DNA of 64,000 nt from an uncultured virus (IMG/VR IMGVR_UViG_3300032116_000116) (lineage: Duplodnaviria > Heunggongvirae > Uroviricota > Caudoviricetes), in the IMG/VR virus record IMGVR_UViG_3300032116_000116, positions 1 to 64,000 of that record; one strand, written 5' to 3'. The notes under the pieces are model-generated. The model saw nothing but the letters and a program-made list of their open reading frames with translations, was not told where the DNA came from and searched no databases. Shown piece after piece: positions 58,007 through 64,000 of this stretch (position 1 is its first letter; each line of letters starts with the position of its first letter). A program made the translations under genes and the position numbers.

Positions 58007-58831
58007 ATGACAAGACTTAAGATGTATGACATACTGAGAGAATCAGAAAAAAGGGAAGAGATAGAAAATAAACTTGATAAGTATATAAAATATGAATTAA
58101 GTTATGAAGACCAAGACCGAACTTATGAACCCATTGTAATGATGTATAAATCAATGTCCGATGGTGATAAGGTCCATGTCACTTTTGAAAACGTACCATT
58201 GAATATAAAATCAAATACAATTGATCCAAATATATTCAACACCGCCCTGAACAAACTAGTTGAAAAGTTAAAAGGTAGCGGGTACACAAGTGAAGATTTT
58301 GGTGACCGTAAATTTAGAGTTATCGGTTTTCATGTTATCGTACCAAATCCAGATTATAAATATAGTATTGACTTAGGTGCACTTAGTTTTAATTTTCTTA
58401 AGTTTGATCTAACCGATTACCTATCCACTTCTCTTAACAATATCGTATACCGTCAGGAATATTCTTTTAAAGATTTATATTCAGGTGACCTACTTAAAGA
58501 TGTTGGACCGTTACCAAAGGTAGATGTGGACCTAAAAAAATGGAACGATATTGAATATAAAAAGATATTAACCGCAACAAAACACCTTCTTAAAGGTAAG
58601 GTTGATGATACCACGTATGACATAAATAATTCACACGTACATATGTTTATTCAGTTGGATCGTAAACTATACAGGGAATCGGAAAACTATATTCACCCGG
58701 TTTTCAAAAGTATGTTAAAGATAAACCTAAGTAAATATTTTTATGAGGATACCGACGAATATGATAAAGTAAAAAATCACATCGAGAATAGACTTAAAAA
58801 GTTCGGTATAGACAATGTAGAGTTTAATTAA
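58007..58831 (+). CDS. Hypothetical protein with late-type motif and leader-like start
   Basis: ATATTTAT at 57995-58002; MTRLKMYDILRES. Confidence 0.7.
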   Translation: MTRLKMYDILRESEKREEIENKLDKYIKYELSYEDQDRTYEPIVMMYKSMSDGDKVHVTFENVPLNIKSNTIDPNIFNTALNKLVEKLKGSGYTSEDFGDRKFRVIGFHVIVPNPDYKYSIDLGALSFNFLKFDLTDYLSTSLNNIVYRQEYSFKDLYSGDLLKDVGPLPKVDVDLKKWNDIEYKKILTATKHLLKGKVDDTTYDINNSHVHMFIQLDRKLYRESENYIHPVFKSMLKINLSKYFYEDTDEYDKVKNHIENRLKKFGIDNVEFN

Positions 58832-58860
58832 TTACGGGCCTCCCTTCGGTCGGCCCTTCA
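58831..58860. repeat. 30-bp hairpin repeat, copy 2
   Basis: attacGGGCCtcccttcggtcGGCCCttca. Confidence 0.85.
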
Positions 58861-59280
58861 TCCCCGAATATAGTGACCCATATGTATGACAAATATATAT
58901 GGGTTTTTTTGTGACCGTTCCCCCTGAAGTCCGACCATCGTGAAACGAGGGAGGACGATAATCTATTCCACATATACATATATAAAACGTATACTGAAGA
59001 CGTATAAATGTATGACGTTTATAAATTTTTCAGAAAGTGGGTCGTGATTCGGACAAGGGACAATCCTACACTATCTCCCACAAAGTTACACTTTTCCCCA
59101 CTTTTCCACTCTGTCATACATAGAACCAAAAAAATGTGGGTTACAGGTATCTGTAGAAGGGAAAAAATAGGTACGACAAAAAAGGTGACAAAATGTCTGG
59201 TTTTTATAGGTTATTTTAATAGAAATTTGTAATACACTCGGTCCCCCATAAAGTGGGTGACCTCGTTTACTGGTACCCAA

Positions 59281-59679
59281 TTAGTTATGTATATAATACC
59301 TAAACTTATACTCAACCTTCCCCAAGAGTCCCATGGGTAGAACATTAATGAACATATAGAACCTTACCTTATAGACATTCTCTTCCAGTAACTTCTTTAC
59401 GATCTGACGAGCAACTCTGTGGAACTCATATGGACCACTTAGATAAGACTCCCCCTTTAATGTGACGACCACCTCATCTGTGTGAGGGAGTGAATAAGGG
59501 TCCGTCTTAACCGTTCCTTGTATATCTAATTTACCCAATGTTTCCATTAGACTCTTCTCACATTTCCTTTCAAACTCTTCTATCTTCTCTACATACTTTT
59601 CCTGTGTATGAACTTTCTTACTGTGTCCGAGTAGAGGAAATAGTATGGAGAGGTTCAGATCTACTTCTGGTCGTTCCAT
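59281..59679 (-). CDS. Hypothetical protein
   Basis: 132 aa. Confidence 0.65.
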   Translation of the reverse strand: MERPEVDLNLSILFPLLGHSKKVHTQEKYVEKIEEFERKCEKSLMETLGKLDIQGTVKTDPYSLPHTDEVVVTLKGESYLSGPYEFHRVARQIVKKLLEENVYKVRFYMFINVLPMGLLGKVEYKFRYYIHN

Positions 59680-59864
59680 TGTTTTAATTCTTCAATTATA
59701 TTATTATTCATCTCTGTACAGAAATCTCGTTCAAGTATATTCTTTAGTGCTTGTTCTGCATCAACACCTGTTTCACTTGTGGCCATTTCAATACACTCAT
59801 CATCTGTTTTATTATGCCAAAATGTTAAGTGTTTCAATAACTGATTTCCGTCTATTTTATTCAT
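59661..59864 (-). CDS. Hypothetical protein
   Basis: 67 aa. Confidence 0.6.
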   Translation of the reverse strand: MNKIDGNQLLKHLTFWHNKTDDECIEMATSETGVDAEQALKNILERDFCTEMNNNIIEELKQWNDQK

Positions 59865-60033
59865 AAACTTCTTCGATTTTAAGTATTTTACAATCTTTCA
59901 CATTTACACATTCCAACATTTCTTTTTTCCATTCTTTAAGTTTTTCTAAGTTGGATGTTTCTCTATAACCCATTTTATAGTAGTCATCAAATTCATTTTT
60001 AAATAATCCAATGTATTTTTGTTCGTTATTCAT
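59857..60033 (-). CDS. Small hypothetical protein (58 aa)
   Basis: Own translation MNNEQKYIGLF...KIEEVYE; fills the gap with overlaps at both ends. Confidence 0.6.
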   Translation of the reverse strand: MNNEQKYIGLFKNEFDDYYKMGYRETSNLEKLKEWKKEMLECVNVKDCKILKIEEVYE

Positions 60034-60475
60034 AAACTTCTATTGTTTTATCTTTGTATGTTACTGTAATTAGTTGAGTTGGGATGTTTATACCTTGATT
60101 TGACTGAATGCCTTCGTATTGTTCTTGAATATACTTTTCCCATTCATGTCCATAAATTATCCTATCATTCTCAATATCATTTATACAATTAGTTTTTTCC
60201 AATTGCCATTCTTTTTCTTCCAAACTCAACTCTCTTTCTTCAATCTTTAATCTCCACTTTTCAGAGAACTCTGTGTCGGTTTTGATTTTGTTGATGAATT
60301 CTTCTTTGGTTAAATGACGAGTTGGATGTGGAGATACCATAGAACGACCATTCAACATACACCAACCTTTACCTATATTTTGATAAAGAAGATTTGTACG
60401 ATGGTCGTGTATTGTTGCTAATGGATAGTTTTGGTAATTCTCATAAGCCTCATCAATGATCTGTTCTTTATTCAT
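60026..60475 (-). CDS. Hypothetical protein
   Basis: 149 aa. Confidence 0.7.
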   Translation of the reverse strand: MNKEQIIDEAYENYQNYPLATIHDHRTNLLYQNIGKGWCMLNGRSMVSPHPTRHLTKEEFINKIKTDTEFSEKWRLKIEERELSLEEKEWQLEKTNCINDIENDRIIYGHEWEKYIQEQYEGIQSNQGINIPTQLITVTYKDKTIEVYE

Positions 60476-60481
60476 AAACTT

Positions 60482-60742
60482 CTATTGTTTTGATTTTATT
60501 TGTTCCCTATACCATTTGGCTCCTTCTTCGAATGCTATTGAAGATACTCCATGAATTCTATTTGATTCTTTTAATATCTCCTCATCTGATATTTCTGTTT
60601 GATCCTTCTCCATTTGTTTGGCTTGTTCTTCCTTTTCAGCTAAAACCCAAGCAGGTATTTTGATAATATAGTTTTCATTATCTTTTATATCGGCAAAATC
60701 GTATTCTTTTAATTGTTCAACCAACCATTCTACTGCTGTCAT
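60482..60742 (-). CDS. TAVEW-family small protein
   Basis: MTAVEWL...QAKQMEK.Q. Confidence 0.7.
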   Translation of the reverse strand: MTAVEWLVEQLKEYDFADIKDNENYIIKIPAWVLAEKEEQAKQMEKDQTEISDEEILKESNRIHGVSSIAFEEGAKWYREQIKSKQ

Positions 60743-60744
60743 AG

Positions 60745-61278
60745 TTATTTCTTTTTAAATTGTTCAATAAAATGCACTAATGTTTGTACATCTATACAAG
60801 AATTTCCTAATTCTCCTTCTGTGTGGTTATCTTCATCAAGAATAAATTTTAACATTCTTTCTTGTTGCCATTTAACAATGTGAATAAACATTGATTTTAT
60901 CCAAGTTTTTTCATGAGGATCTATTGTTTTTGCTTCCAACAATTCTAAGCTATACTTTTCAGCAGCTTCTTCAAGTTCATTTTCCATTTCTATTGCTTGT
61001 AATTTAGGAGAATTATATATCCTCATTGGTCTACCATCCTTATATCTTAATTCAGGTAAACCTTTCCCATAAGTTTCTTTATAGTATCCTTCCCCCGTAC
61101 TATATTCTAATAACACATGACCATTCCTTCCGAGAAGATTACCATCATTCCAAGATTCTTTTATCTGATCCTTAAACATTTGTTTAACCTGTTCTTGTAT
61201 ATCTAATGGAATATCTCCCATGTTATCTTGTACTTGGTTTATTAACCATTCTACTGCTGTCATGTTTTTATTTTCCAT
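60745..61278 (-). CDS. TAVEW-family protein
   Basis: MTAVEWL...QVKQMFK.Q. Confidence 0.7.
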   Translation of the reverse strand: MENKNMTAVEWLINQVQDNMGDIPLDIQEQVKQMFKDQIKESWNDGNLLGRNGHVLLEYSTGEGYYKETYGKGLPELRYKDGRPMRIYNSPKLQAIEMENELEEAAEKYSLELLEAKTIDPHEKTWIKSMFIHIVKWQQERMLKFILDEDNHTEGELGNSCIDVQTLVHFIEQFKKK

Positions 61279-61477
61279 ATCCTTTATTTACTAAGTTTAT
61301 ACCATCTAATCTTGCAATATTTAGTTGTTTCTTCTCCATTTGTTTGGATTGTTCTTCAAGTTCATCAATCATACCTTGTGTAACTCTCACATCACCCATT
61401 CCTATATGTGTGGTTGGATCATGTGCAAGTTGACGTAATTGATTTATAATCCACTCTACCGCCGTTTGTTGTGACAT
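61268..61477 (-). CDS. TAVEW-family small protein
   Basis: QTAVEWI...QSKQMEK.Q. Confidence 0.7.
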   Translation of the reverse strand: MSQQTAVEWIINQLRQLAHDPTTHIGMGDVRVTQGMIDELEEQSKQMEKKQLNIARLDGINLVNKGYGK

Positions 61478-61737
61478 TATTTATATATTTTATCGTAATT
61501 GATATCGTACATTTGATCGTAGAACTCGATCAGTTCTTTATACTTTTCCTTATCCTGGTAAATCTTTTCCATTAAAATATTGTTCATCTTATACCCGAAT
61601 TTTAAATCTTTCAAATAAGTTTGACAATAAGAACCCTCGGAACTTTGTTCACATCTTAATGGACTACAACACCCCTCTTCACCACATCCATCACATATAG
61701 GACAATATGGATTATGTATATCTTCTGTTGTTTTCAT
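61477..61737 (-). CDS. Cys-rich small protein
   Basis: CPICDGCGEEGCCSP..C...C. Confidence 0.7.
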   Translation of the reverse strand: MKTTEDIHNPYCPICDGCGEEGCCSPLRCEQSSEGSYCQTYLKDLKFGYKMNNILMEKIYQDKEKYKELIEFYDQMYDINYDKIYK

Positions 61738-62003
61738 ATCAATTCGACTTTTTCTTTATTATACTCCATAATCTCCTCGGTTTGATCGGGTATCTCAAGG
61801 AACCTAATATGATGATGTTTACCTTCCACCTCCAAGAATTCATACCAAGGACCGGGTGCAAAGTTAATACCCGTTTCCTCCCTCATTTCCTCACCACTGA
61901 TCACATCAATAACATGATATATCGATCCTTTATGGGTATAGACTTTACCCTTGTCTTCACCCTCATCAACACATAACGAATTCTCAATACAAATCACTCT
62001 CAT
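61734..62003 (-). CDS. Hypothetical protein
   Basis: 89 aa. Confidence 0.65.
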   Translation of the reverse strand: MRVICIENSLCVDEGEDKGKVYTHKGSIYHVIDVISGEEMREETGINFAPGPWYEFLEVEGKHHHIRFLEIPDQTEEIMEYNKEKVELI

Positions 62004-62964
62004 GTTCTTTTAATAATTTATTTGGATTAACACAATAGGATTCACTCCAATTTGGAACCGTATAATGACAATTCCATGGTAATTTTTTATGAACCTCCTT
62101 AAACTCATTACACCCAATCATTAAAGAAAAACAATAATCTATTTCATCTAAAAGATGTTGAATTGTATCAGGTGGATTACCATAAAGTTTTTCAGATTCT
62201 TGTACATAACACTTAAACCCACCAAATCCAATGTAATCTATAAAAAAGTTAGATGTTAAAACATTGATCGGTGTGACAATATACTTCTTATGTTTATTAT
62301 AGGTAGTATAATTTATTTGAGTATCACCAATCTTTTCAATATTCCATTTTATCATTTGTTCATAGTTCACCGGTTCGTGAAAGATAAGAAGATTGGCGAA
62401 CTTTCTAACATTATGTGTACATAGATAATTTGCAAAATGTATAAAAGACATTTTGTTCTTACCACAGAAAGATTTTAAATTACGTTCACTGGTGAGAACC
62501 ACCTCATTGATAAAACACATATCCTCAAAAGTGATTTCCGTCTTATATCTCATATACATTAATCTCGAATGTTTATCTTCGTTCCAATACCCATATTCTT
62601 TAATATCATAAATAATATTATCAATCTCCCTGAGTATCAATTGAACAAAGATTTTAGATAGAACATTACTGTACTTCACATGATAAAAGATACCATTCAT
62701 TCCATCCAAATATTTTTCAACCTCACATGTCTTTTGGTCAAAATACATAACCGGATCATATAGAAGAAAATCTCCCCTGTTTTTGTGTACCCCTTCAGTT
62801 GGATGTAAATGTTTAAACATTGACATAGATATCTCCTCCGCGAAACTCGTTGTTAAATCCATTTTATCAACAAATTCCTTCCCATAAAAAGATTCAATAG
62901 AATAAAATTTACCGAACTCAGGTCTCCATTCAAACCTATTTGATCTTGGAATAAATTGTGACAT
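61984..62964 (-). CDS. Hypothetical protein
   Basis: 326 aa. Confidence 0.7.
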   Translation of the reverse strand: MSQFIPRSNRFEWRPEFGKFYSIESFYGKEFVDKMDLTTSFAEEISMSMFKHLHPTEGVHKNRGDFLLYDPVMYFDQKTCEVEKYLDGMNGIFYHVKYSNVLSKIFVQLILREIDNIIYDIKEYGYWNEDKHSRLMYMRYKTEITFEDMCFINEVVLTSERNLKSFCGKNKMSFIHFANYLCTHNVRKFANLLIFHEPVNYEQMIKWNIEKIGDTQINYTTYNKHKKYIVTPINVLTSNFFIDYIGFGGFKCYVQESEKLYGNPPDTIQHLLDEIDYCFSLMIGCNEFKEVHKKLPWNCHYTVPNWSESYCVNPNKLLKEHESDLY

Positions 62965-62969
62965 AACTA

Positions 62970-63218
62970 TTAATTGTTGTTTATAAATGTATCATTACAC
63001 CATATCGGTGTTTTCTCTCCAACGTAACTACCAGCAACATTATACCAAAAGTATTCTATCGCATCATCTTCCGTCATTCCCTCCTTAACCAATATATCAA
63101 TACATTTGGTGACAGAATATATAAGACGATAGGTCGATTCCTCAATACCAATTATTGCGTCATCAAACCCATCGGCTTTTAGAATGTCCTCATCAATTGT
63201 ATAATGTGATAAATCCAT
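62970..63218 (-). CDS. Conserved phage hypothetical protein
   Basis: ADGFDDAIIG...YS..K....L...M....A.EY..YN..G.YVGE.TP; TATATTTG promoter upstream. Confidence 0.75.
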   Translation of the reverse strand: MDLSHYTIDEDILKADGFDDAIIGIEESTYRLIYSVTKCIDILVKEGMTEDDAIEYFWYNVAGSYVGEKTPIWCNDTFINNN

Positions 63219-63334
63219 ATCAATATTTTCAACAAATATAAGAGAAATAATTTTAAAACAAAAAAAATATTTATTAAAGGTCCGATATCCGCGTTTTCAT
63301 CTCACTCGGACCAACATGAGCTTCCGACGGGTTG

Positions 63335-63478
63335 TGGTCAGGACAGGATTCGAACCTGTTTTGTAATAAAGGGTCTCACGACAGTTATTTCTAACCTACA
63401 TTTCTGTAGCGTGGTTTGAGTAGTCCCTAAACTGTTCTCTTTTATATTACAATGGCGTACCAATTCCGCCACCTGACT
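63335..63478 (-). ncRNA. tRNA-like RNA with a ~95-nt structured insert replacing the anticodon and variable arms
   Basis: Acceptor AGTCAGG/CCTGACC-A; Leu-like D arm GCG-GAATTGGTA-CGC; T arm ACAGG-TTCGAAT-CCTGT; no encoded CCA after the discriminator. Confidence 0.75.
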
Positions 63479-63485
63479 ATTTTAG

Positions 63486-63641
63486 TTAATATAATTTTAT
63501 TTTTTCAACTGAACAATCCAACCCATAATTTTCTTTAATTAAAGACACAAAACTATCCTTTTCTTGCTCACTAAATCTGGTGATAGTTTGACCATTCCAA
63601 GTACCACCAATAATCGTAATAATAAATTTGTATGCTGGCAT
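63486..63641 (-). CDS. Small hypothetical protein (51 aa)
   Basis: Own translation MPAYKFIITIIGG... Confidence 0.5.
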   Translation of the reverse strand: MPAYKFIITIIGGTWNGQTITRFSEQEKDSFVSLIKENYGLDCSVEKIKLY

Positions 63642-63653
63642 ATTTTTTAATTT

Positions 63654-63878
63654 TTAGTAGTCTACTACAAACCATTTAATGTCAGGTCTAGTTTCATTTA
63701 ACCTTTTTTTCCATGGGTTAAGAAACTCAATGGCTTCTTTCTCATTATTAAATTTCTTTGCATGTTCCAAATTTTTCGGTCTCAAATATGGATCTTTATG
63801 TGAGGCGTAAAAGTATTTTTCACAAAAGAAATAGTGCATGGATTTGTTTATCTCACTTTTCCCAACTATCATTTTCAT
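63654..63878 (-). CDS. Hypothetical protein
   Basis: 74 aa. Confidence 0.6.
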   Translation of the reverse strand: MKMIVGKSEINKSMHYFFCEKYFYASHKDPYLRPKNLEHAKKFNNEKEAIEFLNPWKKRLNETRPDIKWFVVDY

Positions 63879-64000
63879 ACTCTCTTCTTTAATGTTATGT
63901 TACCATTTACACTTAATATCACCCTACCGTCACTGAATACCGCTGGTCCCTCTCCTTCATATGCAACAATATCTTGATTAATTGTTACAGTGGGAGGTTT

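Noticed and set aside
58915..58955. Hammerhead-like CTGAA-GTCC...GGAC-GATA
   Set aside because: Core deviates from CUGAnGA and GAAA, and I could not form stems I and III.
59008..59280. ORFs 59008-59232 (+) and 59086-59280 (-)
   Set aside because: Short, mutually overlapping and inside a repeat-rich convergence zone with no supporting signals.
63335..63478. Standard tRNA-Leu call
   Set aside because: No identifiable anticodon stem-loop, so it is reported as a tRNA-like ncRNA.
1..64000. Stop-codon reassignment, as in some large Bacteroidota phages
   Set aside because: Long intact ORFs under code 11; TAG and TGA end genes at sensible operon junctions.

Overview
AT-rich segment of a large, probably jumbo, tailed dsDNA phage (genetic code 11). 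The host is most likely Bacteroidota: more than 30 promoters match the TTTG-N19-21-TAnnTTTG consensus. The window has four zones. (1) 1-9.2 kb: minus-strand virion and tail-fibre genes. (2) 9.3-26.4 kb: mostly minus-strand genes behind an ATATTTAT late-type motif; about 20 of them share short N-terminal leaders (MKIIITESQ, MNLQENIQRIKEMMGL, MKxLEIL) fused to unrelated cargo such as a CCA enzyme, HD domain, tyrosine phosphatase, kinases, GNAT, Tae4-like amidase and nuclease. These look like capsid-targeted, co-injected proteins. (3) 26.5-58 kb: begins at a C-tract/G-tract block and consists of promoter-gene(s)-terminator early cassettes separated by about 24 copies of an unrecognised intergenic element with inverted TTTnnnTGGC...GCCAnnnAAA boxes. 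The elements concentrate GATC, CCGG, AGCT, GCGC and CTTCAG-type motifs, while the flanking coding DNA is purged of them and of the GpC dinucleotide, so that many proteins contain no alanine. The purge fades with distance from 26.5 kb. Promoters here carry 11-bp-period TT(A/C)ACA Pho-box-like repeats, and the zone encodes a receiver-less PhoB/OmpR winged-helix protein. (4) 59.3-64 kb: small minus-strand genes and a 144-nt tRNA-like RNA with an oversized insert in place of the anticodon arm. Family calls come from motif recognition by eye and counts are hand counts; no database searches were run.
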